Translations under genes and position numbers: made by a program | Notes under the pieces: model-generated | The model's input: the letters and a program-made list of their open reading frames with translations, nothing else | What the model was told of the DNA's origin: nothing | Databases searched by the model: none | In this document: piece after piece, positions 1-8,635 of the stretch | Layout: each line of letters begins with the position of its first letter | How positions within the stretch are numbered: the first letter of the stretch is position 1 | Assembly: GCA_963845565.1 (NCBI GenBank) | Contig: CAWJSJ010000001.1 | Span: 608,001-672,000 of the forward strand | Reading direction: 5' to 3' | DNA from: an uncultured Methylomirabilota bacterium | GTDB taxonomy: Bacteria > Methylomirabilota > Methylomirabilia > Methylomirabilales > 2-02-FULL-66-22 | Length of the DNA stretch: 64,000 nt

Positions 1-1332
1 TCCGACGACGAGATGAGCGCACTGCTCGAGAAGCAGGGGGAGGTGCAGGACAAGCTCGACGCCACCGACGCATGGGATCTCGACAGCCGCCTGGATCTCG
101 CCATGGACGCGCTGCGCTGCCCGCCGGGCGACACGCCGGTGAAGGTGCTGTCGGGCGGCGAGCTTCGCCGGGTGGCGCTCTGCCGTCTCTTGCTCCAGAA
201 ACCTGATATTCTGCTGCTCGACGAGCCGACGAATCACCTCGATGCCGAGTCGGTGGCGTGGCTGGAGCAGCACCTGCAACAGTACGAGGGGACCGTCATC
301 GCCGTCACCCACGACCGGTACTTCCTCGACAACGTGGCGGGGTGGATCCTGGAACTGGACCGGGGGCACGGGATTCCCTGGAAAGGGAATTACAGCTCGT
401 GGCTGGCGCAGAAACAAGAGCGGCTGCAGCGCGAGGAGAAGTCGGAATCCGATCGCCAGCGGACCCTGGAACGGGAACTGGAGTGGATCCGGATGTCGCC
501 CAAGGGGCGGCACGCCAAGGGCAAGGCGCGCATCAGTGCCTATCAGTCTCTCCTCCAGCAGGACCACGAGCAGCTTGCGCGCGACCTGGAGATCTTCATT
601 CCGCCCGGACCGCGACTCGGGGACGCGGTGGTTCGCGCCGAGGGGGTGGCCAAGGCGTACGGTGACCGCCTGATTTTCGAGGAGATGACCTTCACCGTCC
701 CGCCGGGGGCCGTGGTGGGCATTGTCGGGCCGAACGGGGCGGGCAAGACGACGCTGTTCCGGATGATCACCGGGGAGGAGCAGCCCGACAAGGGGGCGTT
801 GACCGTTGGGCAGACGGTGGCTCTCGCCTACCTGGATCAAGCCCGGAGCGACCTTGACCCATCCAAGAGCGTCTGGGAGTCGATCTCGGGAGGGCAGGAC
901 CAGATCGCGCTCGGGAAGGCGCTCGTCAATTCGCGTGCCTACGCGGCGCGCTTCAACTTCCTCGGTCCCGACCAGCAGAAGAAGGTGGGTGGGTTGTCGG
1001 GCGGCGAGCGGAACCGCCTGCATCTTGCCCGGATGCTGCGCCGGGAGGCGAACGTCATCCTGCTCGACGAACCAACCAACGACCTGGACGTCAACACCAT
1101 GCGCGCGCTCGAGGATGCCGTCGATCGCTACGCCGGGTGCATCCTGGTCATCTCGCACGATCGGTGGTTCCTGGACCGGGTCGCGACACACATCCTGGCA
1201 TTCGAGGGGGACAGCAAGGTCTACTGGTTCGAGGGAAACTGGAGTGAATACGACGCGGATCGGAAGCGCCGCCTCGGCGCCGCGGCCGATCGGCCGCACC
1301 GGATCCGGTATCGGCCGCTCACCCGAGCGTGA
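1..1332 (+). CDS. ettA: ABC-F ATPase, energy-dependent translational throttle protein (5' truncated by window edge)
   Basis: Two ABC domains (LSGGE..LLLDEPTNHLD; GPNGAGKT; LSGGERNR..LDEPTND), linker ELEWIRMSPKGRHAKGKAR, C-terminal PHRIRYRPL; the frame is open to the window edge. Confidence 0.93.
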   Translation, partial: SDDEMSALLEKQGEVQDKLDATDAWDLDSRLDLAMDALRCPPGDTPVKVLSGGELRRVALCRLLLQKPDILLLDEPTNHLDAESVAWLEQHLQQYEGTVIAVTHDRYFLDNVAGWILELDRGHGIPWKGNYSSWLAQKQERLQREEKSESDRQRTLERELEWIRMSPKGRHAKGKARISAYQSLLQQDHEQLARDLEIFIPPGPRLGDAVVRAEGVAKAYGDRLIFEEMTFTVPPGAVVGIVGPNGAGKTTLFRMITGEEQPDKGALTVGQTVALAYLDQARSDLDPSKSVWESISGGQDQIALGKALVNSRAYAARFNFLGPDQQKKVGGLSGGERNRLHLARMLRREANVILLDEPTNDLDVNTMRALEDAVDRYAGCILVISHDRWFLDRVATHILAFEGDSKVYWFEGNWSEYDADRKRRLGAAADRPHRIRYRPLTRA

Positions 1333-1519
1333 ACGCAACGGCGCCGGTCCGGGACGGCGCGGCCGTGGTGTGTCTGGCAGGGAGCTGCCTGAGGCCCCTG
1401 TGTCTTGGTGACCCGACGGGGCGGGTCGACCTCATGACGAGTTGCCCTTGGTCAGACATGCGTGCCAATTCCCGCAAATGGGCTTGACGCCCTTGGGCGT
1501 CCCGCGCAATGCTGTACCC

Positions 1520-1564
1520 TAGCCCGCAGTATTCGCGAACAAAGCTCGCGATTACTGCGGGCTA
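1520..1564. repeat. 19-bp inverted repeat (1 mismatch, 7-nt loop) upstream of rubredoxin
   Basis: TAGCCCGCAGTATTCGCGA-acaaagc-TCGCGATTACTGCGGGCTA. Confidence 0.8.
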
Positions 1565-1605
1565 AATTGAAACCCGTGTGGATCTTTACCTCAGGGAGGG
1601 CGCTC

Positions 1606-1764
1606 ATGGAAAAGTACGAGTGCGGGATGTGCGAATACACCTACGATCCGGCCATCGGGGACCCGGCTCGCGGTATCCCGCCCGGCACGTCCTTCGACGA
1701 TCTGCCGAACGACTGGAAATGCCCGAAATGCAACGCGGGCAAGAACATGTTCACGGAGGCATAG
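1606..1764 (+). CDS. Rubredoxin (52 aa)
   Basis: [38 protein letters not shown]; two CxxC motifs; GGGAGG RBS before ATG 1606. Confidence 0.95.
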   Translation: MEKYECGMCEYTYDPAIGDPARGIPPGTSFDDLPNDWKCPKCNAGKNMFTEA

Positions 1765-1767
1765 ACT

Positions 1768-2949
1768 ATGCAACCGGTCGAGGTCATTCCCGGAATCCAA
1801 TGGGTGGGAGTGCTCGACACCCAGTTGCGGGTGTTCGACGTGATCATGCAGGCGCAGCACGGCACCACCTACAACTCGTACCTGGTGCGGGGTCGGGACA
1901 AGGTGGCGCTGATCGACGCCAGCAAGGGGATGTTTTCCGAGACGTTTCTCGACACATTGCGCCCCGCCATCGACCCCAAAGACATCGACTACATGGTGTG
2001 CAATCATCTGGAGCCGGACCATTCCGGGGCGCTGGGCGACGTCCTCGACGTTGCGCCCAATGCGCAGGTGGTGGTGACCAAGCCCGGGAGAAATCTCGTG
2101 CGGGCCATCCTGAACCGGGATGTCAAGCCCATCGTCGTCGGAGAAGGCGATCGGATCGATCTGGGCGGCCGGACGCTCCGGTTCATCTCGGCGCCGTTTC
2201 TGCACTGGCCGGATACCATGTTCACGTATCTCGAAGAGGACCAGGTGCTGTTCTCGGGCGACTTCCTGGGCGCGCACTACTGCGATCCTCGGCTCTTCAA
2301 CGATCTCATCGTGAACTACGACGAGGCGTTCCAGTACTACTTCCAGGTGATCATGCGGCCGTTCAAGGAGTATGTCCGCGAGGCGCTGGCCAAGATCGAC
2401 ACGCTGCCGATCAAGATCGTCTGTCCGGTCCACGGCCCCATCCTGCGCAGCGACGTCGGCCGCTATCTCGAGAAGTACCGCGTGTGGAGCGCCGAGCCCC
2501 CGCGAGGCAACAAGAAGCGGCTGCTCGTCTTCTACGTGAGCTCGTACGGCAACACCGAGCGAATGGCCCACGCCGTCGCGCGGGGCATTCGGGAGGCGGG
2601 AGCGGATGCGGACGTGCTGGATCTGACCAAGGTGGATTACCGCGCGATGCTCGACGACATCGAGGCGGCCGAGGGGATCGTGGTCGGCACCTGCACGATC
2701 AACGGCGACGCACTGGAGCATGCCTGGAGCCTGCTGAGCTCGATGACCACCATCAAACTCAAAGACAAGCTGGGGGCATCATTCGGGGCCTTCGGCTGGA
2801 GCGGCGAGGGTCCGCTCATGATCGCCGAGCGCATGAAGGGCCTCAGGTTCCGGGTGCCGGAAGAGCCCATGCGGGTGCAACTCGTCCCCAGCGAGGCGGA
2901 CCTGAAGGCGTGTGAGGAATACGGCCAGAGACTCGTCGCCGCCTTGTAG
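1768..2949 (+). CDS. fprA: Flavodiiron protein (FprA/A-type flavoprotein), O2/NO reductase
   Basis: Metallo-beta-lactamase domain GTTYNSYL, HLEPDHSG, HWPD, GD, HG followed by flavodoxin domain YVSSYGNT, FGWSGEG. Confidence 0.93.
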   Translation: MQPVEVIPGIQWVGVLDTQLRVFDVIMQAQHGTTYNSYLVRGRDKVALIDASKGMFSETFLDTLRPAIDPKDIDYMVCNHLEPDHSGALGDVLDVAPNAQVVVTKPGRNLVRAILNRDVKPIVVGEGDRIDLGGRTLRFISAPFLHWPDTMFTYLEEDQVLFSGDFLGAHYCDPRLFNDLIVNYDEAFQYYFQVIMRPFKEYVREALAKIDTLPIKIVCPVHGPILRSDVGRYLEKYRVWSAEPPRGNKKRLLVFYVSSYGNTERMAHAVARGIREAGADADVLDLTKVDYRAMLDDIEAAEGIVVGTCTINGDALEHAWSLLSSMTTIKLKDKLGASFGAFGWSGEGPLMIAERMKGLRFRVPEEPMRVQLVPSEADLKACEEYGQRLVAAL

Positions 2950-3240
2950 GAAATACCCGTACCGCCCGGCCGAGGCGGATCGTTCACGCGCCGGCCGGGC
3001 GAATTGCATTGCGCTGCACCGTTTTCACCCCCTCCCTGCCCCGCTACCCGTTGGATCTTGCGATCTCCTCGTTTCCAGCGCACACGCCACGACCGGACTC
3101 TTCACGTTCACGCCCGGATGGCGCTGCGGTTCCGTCTGAAACCCAACGTTGCTCTTGATCGGCAGTTCCGCTTGCAGGTCAGGTGTTACGACGTTTGGTT
3201 GAGGACGTCGTTCCCGGCAGTGGTGCCCGGCGAATCCGCT

Positions 3241-3267
3241 TCAGGAATCTGTCTGGCTGGCCGATAG
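3241..3267 (+). promoter_or_regulatory. Putative sigma28 (FliA-type) promoter
   Basis: TCAG-N15-GCCGATAG versus consensus TAAA-N15-GCCGATAA, about 100 nt upstream of ATG 3368. Confidence 0.6.
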
Positions 3268-3367
3268 GAAGAGTAGTCCTCCTTTCCCGGCAGGTGACGT
3301 GGGCCCGCGGACGGAGGCGGAGCCGACGGTCCCGTCCGAACGAAACGCAATACGCAGGGGGTGCCGA

Positions 3368-4600
3368 ATGCGAATCGAGTCGTCAACCGTCCAATTCACC
3401 AGCGTGCGTCAGTACCTGGCGCAACAGACGAGGAGCGAGTCCGTTCGGGTTTGGAGCGGCCAGCAGCCTCGTCCAACGGCTGAGCAGGCACCGCCCACGG
3501 AACCTGTCGGTGCCGGGGCCCGCGACCGAGGAGTCGGGCGACCACACGGAGCAGGCGACCCCGAGGGACTGCGTGCGGGAGGCAGGCAGTGGCCGAGGTG
3601 GCGTCATGCGCCGGCGGCGTTTGCGCCGGACCGTGATGCCGGGTCATCCGTAGTGCACGGTTCAACGCCACGGCGGCACGGCCGAGATGATGAGGCGCCT
3701 CACGCGTCCACGCGCGCCGGAGAGGTGTCCCGCGGCGGAACCGAGGCAGTCGCTGCCGGCGAGATCGACGAGGACGCCGGGCTGCCGCCGAAGCTCGGCC
3801 TCGTGAAACTGATTCTGGAGCGGCTGCTTGGGGTCCGGATCAAGATTTCGGAAGCGTCGGACGCGTCGGACGCGTGTCCATGTCCGCGGGCCGAGACACC
3901 CGCCTCCAGCGACGCCCAGAGACCGCGCCGGCAGGGATGGGGGGCGGAGATCACGGTCGCGGAGCGACAGTTCGAGTCCGAGACGACGGCCTTTGCCGCC
4001 GTCGGCGCCGTGAGGACCGCGGACGGCAAGGAGATCTCCTTCAACCTCGCGCTGACCATGCACCGCGAATTCCTGCAGGAGGGGCGTGTGACCCTGCGGG
4101 CCGGCGACGCGGCTCTCGACCCGCTGGTGGTCAACTTCGCGGGTACGGCGGCGCAGCTCTCCGATGTCACGTTCAGCTTCGATCTCGACCGGGACGGGCA
4201 GACCGAGGCGCTCCCCACCTTGGGGTCAGGCAGCGGCTTCCTGGCGGTCGACCTGAATGGCGACGGCAAGATCAACGACGGCGGGGAGCTGTTCGGGCCG
4301 CGGTCCGGCGACGGGTTTGCCGATCTGGCACAATACGACGGCGACGGCAATCGCTGGATCGATGAAGCCGATCCCATCTTTGGGCGGCTCCGCCTCTGGC
4401 AACCGGATGCGGACGGCGCGGGAACGCTGGTGACGCTGAGTCAAAAGCAAGTCGGGGCCATCTACCTCGGCCAGGCGGCGACCCCCTTCGCGGTGAAGAG
4501 CGCGCAGAACGAACTCCTAGGGCAGGTCGTCTCGTCCGGTATCTACCTGGCCGAGACCGGCGGCGTGGGGAGCGTGCAGCAGGTGGACCTGGCGGTGTGA
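3368..4600 (+). CDS. Hypothetical protein with C-terminal DxDxDG (EF-hand/VCBS-like Ca-binding) motifs
   Basis: Start MRIESS after a GGGGG RBS; low-complexity N-terminal half; motifs DPLVVN, FDLDRDG, DLNGDGKINDGGELFG, YDGDGNRWIDEAD. Confidence 0.8.
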   Translation: MRIESSTVQFTSVRQYLAQQTRSESVRVWSGQQPRPTAEQAPPTEPVGAGARDRGVGRPHGAGDPEGLRAGGRQWPRWRHAPAAFAPDRDAGSSVVHGSTPRRHGRDDEAPHASTRAGEVSRGGTEAVAAGEIDEDAGLPPKLGLVKLILERLLGVRIKISEASDASDACPCPRAETPASSDAQRPRRQGWGAEITVAERQFESETTAFAAVGAVRTADGKEISFNLALTMHREFLQEGRVTLRAGDAALDPLVVNFAGTAAQLSDVTFSFDLDRDGQTEALPTLGSGSGFLAVDLNGDGKINDGGELFGPRSGDGFADLAQYDGDGNRWIDEADPIFGRLRLWQPDADGAGTLVTLSQKQVGAIYLGQAATPFAVKSAQNELLGQVVSSGIYLAETGGVGSVQQVDLAV

Positions 4601-4678
4601 TCCGGATGTCCGCAGTTGAGTGGCGTGGGACAGCCGCAGGACGAATCGATGTCCGGGGCGGGGAGCACGGGGCGCCGG

Positions 4679-5215
4679 CTACACGCGTTCCAGCTTCTGA
4701 TAGACGACCATCTCCGCTTGGGTGCGCAGGTCTTCCGGGTGGTAGCGGGGGATGGGGGATTCGATCTGCTTGAGCTTGACCGGAGAGACCTTCTTGTCCA
4801 CCAGGCCGACCGCGACGGCGATGCCGTAGAGGATGGCCTCGGGGCGGGGAGGGCAGCCGGGGATATAGAAGTTGACGGGGACCACTTTCTCGACAGGGCC
4901 GAGCACGCTGTAGGTGTCGTACCAGAGCCCGCCGCCGGAGGCGCAGGAGCCGATGGCAAACACGAGTTTCGGCGCCGCCATGGCGTCATACGCGCGGCGC
5001 AGGGCCTTGGCGGTAGCGCGCATGGCAGGCCCCTGGCAGAGCATGACGTCCGCGTGGCGAGGCGAGCCGACCAGACGGATTCCGAACCGCTCGACATCAT
5101 AGTAGGGCGTCAAGACATTCAGCACCTCGATGTCGCACCCGTTACAGCCGCCGCTGTTGGCGTGGTACACCCAGAGCGAACGCGGAAACATCTTGCGACA
5201 CAATGCGGTCAGCAC
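4679..5215 (-). CDS. Group 4 [NiFe]-hydrogenase small subunit (HycG/EchC/NuoB-like)
   Basis: GGCNGCDIE, DVERFG..VGSPRHADV, GSCA, YIPGCPPRPEA; GTG start after GGGAGG. Confidence 0.92.
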   Translation of the reverse strand: MLTALCRKMFPRSLWVYHANSGGCNGCDIEVLNVLTPYYDVERFGIRLVGSPRHADVMLCQGPAMRATAKALRRAYDAMAAPKLVFAIGSCASGGGLWYDTYSVLGPVEKVVPVNFYIPGCPPRPEAILYGIAVAVGLVDKKVSPVKLKQIESPIPRYHPEDLRTQAEMVVYQKLERV

Positions 5216-5365
5216 GGGCAGCCTCCCTGAGGAAAACGAACAGCGGCCAGGTGGTTCCTCTCCGCAGTTCTCCGAGATGACCCACATGCTCCAGCAACAC
5301 CTCGCCGCGGGACGTCCGTCGATCTGCGAACCCTGTGGGTCATGGGTCTCCGTCGCGCGTGATCG

Positions 5366-5905
5366 TCAATCCAGCTCGATGTCGATGTCGCGCACCGTCG
5401 CTTCTTTGTCCAGATAGGACTTGGCGTCGTACACCCACCGCTCCGTATCCAACTGATCCAGTCGATAGCCCTTCATCATGAGCTGCTCCAGCGGGCCGGG
5501 CTCCTTGAAGCAGCGGCCGCAGCGCTGGCAGGTGCCCATGAACAGCTCCAGCCGCTGCTGCATGTCGCCGATGTCGTTGGTGGCGTTCTCGAACTCGGTG
5601 CTCATGGTGATGGCCTTCTCGGGGCAGACGTCCGCGCAGCGACCGCAGTACGTGCAGCGCCGGCCGATGTACTGGATGATTCGGATCTCTTGGCAGATGT
5701 CGTGGACCAGGATCTCGCGGGCCGGACAGTTGTTGGCGCAGCCTGCGCACCCGATGCACTTGGCGATATTGAAGAGGGGCCGGCCCCGGAAGCCGGGCGC
5801 CGGCGCCGGCGCCGCCTGCTGCGGATACGGCAGGGTCACGCGACCGGCCTGGAGGCAGATGATGGTTTCCTTGAGTTTGCTCACCAGCGACATGGTCGCC
5901 CCCAT
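5366..5905 (-). CDS. 2x[4Fe-4S] subunit (HycF/EchF/NuoI-like)
   Basis: T.PYP..GFRGRP, CIGCAGCANNCP, CTYCGRCADVCP, plus a CQRC motif; start may be 5893. Confidence 0.9.
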   Translation of the reverse strand: MGATMSLVSKLKETIICLQAGRVTLPYPQQAAPAPAPGFRGRPLFNIAKCIGCAGCANNCPAREILVHDICQEIRIIQYIGRRCTYCGRCADVCPEKAITMSTEFENATNDIGDMQQRLELFMGTCQRCGRCFKEPGPLEQLMMKGYRLDQLDTERWVYDAKSYLDKEATVRDIDIELD

Positions 5906-5908
5906 TCC

Positions 5909-6841
5909 TCAATATCCGTACAGCGCCAACAGCAAGGCCACCAGGGAGACGCCCAGGAGCACCCCGTAATAGCGAATCGCCTGGTCGATCCGGTAGCGCG
6001 CGTGCGTGGCGGCCACCAGGGTCACCACCAGGACGAGGAACCCCAGTTTCAGGAGGAGCGAGACGAGATTCAGCGGAACCGGCAAGCCGCTGCCCCAGGG
6101 GGCAAAGAGGGAGACCACCAAGGCGCCGTACACCACCAGCTTGGCCATCTGCGTGAACTTGAAGAGGGCCAACTTCGGTCCGGAGTATTCCATCAGGGAG
6201 CCTTCCATCAATTCCGTTTCGGCCTCGGCGATGTCGAAGGGAAGGCGCCCGACCAGGGCCTGGAACGCCAGAATCGCCACGCCCAGCATCAGGAGCCCCG
6301 CCAGGGGCCATGCGGCGTGGGCGTAGGCCGACCCGGCGAGGACGACGTCCAAGCGCAGCGACCGGGCGTGCACCACGCCGATGACGACGGCCACGGCCAG
6401 CAGGGGTTCCAGCGTCATGAGCGACATCATCTCGCGGCTCATGCCGACCAGCGAATAGGTGGAGCCCGCCGCGAGGCCCGCCAGCATCGTCGAGACGCCG
6501 CAGACCGTGAGGAGATAGATGAGGAGATAGGCGTCGGCGGCTCCGGACAACGGGGGGGTCGTCCCCATGGGCACCAGCAGGGCCACGGTCAGGATGGCGG
6601 CCAGCGAGAGCCAGGACGCGAATCGTTGCATCGCCGGGCTTTCGCCGGACTCGAGGTCCTCTTTGCCGAGCAGCTTGAGGAGATCGTAGTACGGCTGCCA
6701 GATCGGCGGCCCCTGGCGGGACTGGACCCGGGCGGTCACCTTCCGCAGGATCCCCTCGCAGAGCGGGGCGAGCGCCAAGACCAGCGCGAGGTTCATGCCG
6801 CCGGAAAACACGCGGACCGCCAGACTTGTCTCCATCGCCAC
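5909..6841 (-). CDS. Membrane subunit (HycD/EchB/NuoH-like)
   Basis: RKVTARVQSRQGPPIWQPYYDLLKLLGKE, RLPFDIAEAETELMEG..EYSG; multiple TM segments. Confidence 0.92.
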   Translation of the reverse strand: MAMETSLAVRVFSGGMNLALVLALAPLCEGILRKVTARVQSRQGPPIWQPYYDLLKLLGKEDLESGESPAMQRFASWLSLAAILTVALLVPMGTTPPLSGAADAYLLIYLLTVCGVSTMLAGLAAGSTYSLVGMSREMMSLMTLEPLLAVAVVIGVVHARSLRLDVVLAGSAYAHAAWPLAGLLMLGVAILAFQALVGRLPFDIAEAETELMEGSLMEYSGPKLALFKFTQMAKLVVYGALVVSLFAPWGSGLPVPLNLVSLLLKLGFLVLVVTLVAATHARYRIDQAIRYYGVLLGVSLVALLLALYGY

Positions 6842-6850
6842 GTTTCCTTA

Positions 6851-6901
6851 GGAGCCGTTACGAAATAGCTTGTCCATTTGTCGTAATTTCGTTACGGCTC
6901 C
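6851..6901. repeat. 51-bp miniature inverted-repeat element flanked by TTA direct repeats
   Basis: TTA|GGAGCCGTTACGAAAT-N19-ATTTCGTTACGGCTCC|TTA; arms match at 15/16 positions. Confidence 0.7.
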
Positions 6902-6950
6902 TTATGCCGTTTCCGGAAAATCTCCCGTCAATCCATTCCTGCACAACGGC

Positions 6951-8633
6951 TCAGGGTGTGCGAGTCACGCCCCGCGCGAGTCGCAGGAGATCCTCTTGCG
7001 TGTAGAGGCGGTGCGCGCCGGAGCGCAGGTCCACACTCTCCATCCGGTCCGTGCAGGAAAAGCACGGATCGATGCTGCCCAGCGAGATCGTCATGTCGGC
7101 GATCTGCTGGTCCTTGATCATGGCGGGGACGCCCTGCAGGTTCTGGTAGGTGGGGGCGCGCACCCGCCAGCGCCGCGGCCGGTTGTTCTCGCCGGTGATC
7201 ACGAAGTGGTGCGCCTCGCCGCGCGGGGCCTCGACCGACGAGAGGCCGACCCGACCGACGGGCAACTCATCCTGGATGGATGCCTGCAGCGGCCCCTCCG
7301 GAAGGTGATCCAGGCACTGTCGGATGATCTTGATGGACTCGAAGACTTCCAGGGTCCGGACCAGGACCCGGGCCCACACGTCGCCGCCTTGCTGGGTGAT
7401 GACGTTGAACTCCACGTCGCCGTAGGCCGCATACGGATGGTCGCGCCGGGCGTCGATGTCCACGCCGGCGGCCCGGGCCACCGGGCCGATCAGCCCAGCC
7501 TCCTTCACGAGCGTCGCGTCCGCGACCCCCACGCCACGCGTCCGCTTCTGGATGTTTCGGTCTCCTGCCACGGCGTCCGCCACGGCGCGCCATTCCGTTT
7601 CCAGTGTGGCCAGGACCCCGCTGAGTTCACTCCGCAACGCCGGGGTGATGTTCCAGCGGACGCCGCCGATGACGCACAGGGCGTAGGTCTTCCGGTTGCC
7701 GCTGATCTTCTCGGCGATCCACATGATGGGCTCGCGGATCCGGAAGGACTGCATGAAGAGCGTGTCGAAGCCCAGGATATGGCAGGCGAGGCCGACCCAG
7801 AGGAGATGGCTGTGGAGTCGCTCGATCTCCAGCATGATGGTCCGGATGCCGCGGGCGCGCGGAGGAACCGTCAGGGCGGCCGCTTGTTCCACGGCTTGCG
7901 CGTACGCCACGTTGTGCACGCACCCGCAGATGCCGCAGATCCGCTCCGCGGCCATCGGGATCTCGTTATAGGTGAGGACTGAGTCCCCGAGCTTCTCGAT
8001 GGCTCGATGGACCATGAAGCCGCGGTATTCGCAGCCGCGCACCACCTCGCCATCGACGTAGAGGCGGAAGTGGGTCGGCTCATCCAGGGTCGGGTGGAAG
8101 GGGCCGAAGGGCACCACCACGCAGCGGTCGGGAGGGTCGTCGAAGTCGAAGGTCCGGTTCTCGTCGTAGTCGGGCGGGACGGCGTCCCAGGGATAATCGC
8201 GGCGCAGCGGATGAATGCCGTCAGGCCAGCCGTCCGGCAAGATCAGGCGCTTGGGGTAGGGGTGGCCCACCGGCTCGATCCCCACCAGGTCGCGGAACTC
8301 GCGCTCGGACCAGTTGGCGGCCGGCACGACGTCGGAGATGCTGTCCACGCGCGGCGAACTGCCGGCCAGGTAGGTCATGACACTGCAGAGCACCTGCTCC
8401 CTGTCGAAGGCGAAGTCGTGCGCCACCAGGAACTTGCCGGAGACGGGGCGATCGTCCAGGCCGATGCCGACGACGTACCGCGCGTTCAAGTCGCGGAAGA
8501 TATACCGGCACATCTCCCGAAGGGCCTGCGGCTCTACGTACAGGAACAGCCGGCCGTCCTCCGGCACGTCCGTCCGCTGGATGACCGGCGTGAAGCGCTC
8601 CGTGATCCGTTTCAACACGACGTGTGCCGACAT
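6951..8633 (-). CDS. Group 4 [NiFe]-hydrogenase large subunit (HycE-like fused NuoC-NuoD architecture)
   Basis: NuoC-like N-terminus (AANWSEREFRDLVGI..GHP..RL..PLR), GPFHP..EP, L1 RICGICGCVH, L2 DPCFSCTDR plus C-terminal extension. Confidence 0.93.
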   Translation of the reverse strand: MSAHVVLKRITERFTPVIQRTDVPEDGRLFLYVEPQALREMCRYIFRDLNARYVVGIGLDDRPVSGKFLVAHDFAFDREQVLCSVMTYLAGSSPRVDSISDVVPAANWSEREFRDLVGIEPVGHPYPKRLILPDGWPDGIHPLRRDYPWDAVPPDYDENRTFDFDDPPDRCVVVPFGPFHPTLDEPTHFRLYVDGEVVRGCEYRGFMVHRAIEKLGDSVLTYNEIPMAAERICGICGCVHNVAYAQAVEQAAALTVPPRARGIRTIMLEIERLHSHLLWVGLACHILGFDTLFMQSFRIREPIMWIAEKISGNRKTYALCVIGGVRWNITPALRSELSGVLATLETEWRAVADAVAGDRNIQKRTRGVGVADATLVKEAGLIGPVARAAGVDIDARRDHPYAAYGDVEFNVITQQGGDVWARVLVRTLEVFESIKIIRQCLDHLPEGPLQASIQDELPVGRVGLSSVEAPRGEAHHFVITGENNRPRRWRVRAPTYQNLQGVPAMIKDQQIADMTISLGSIDPCFSCTDRMESVDLRSGAHRLYTQEDLLRLARGVTRTP

Positions 8634-8635
8634 GG

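Noticed and set aside
5209..5343. 44-codon minus-strand ORF between the HycF-like and HycG-like genes
   Set aside because: Arg-rich, with no motif or hydrophobic segment; cannot be supported as a gene.
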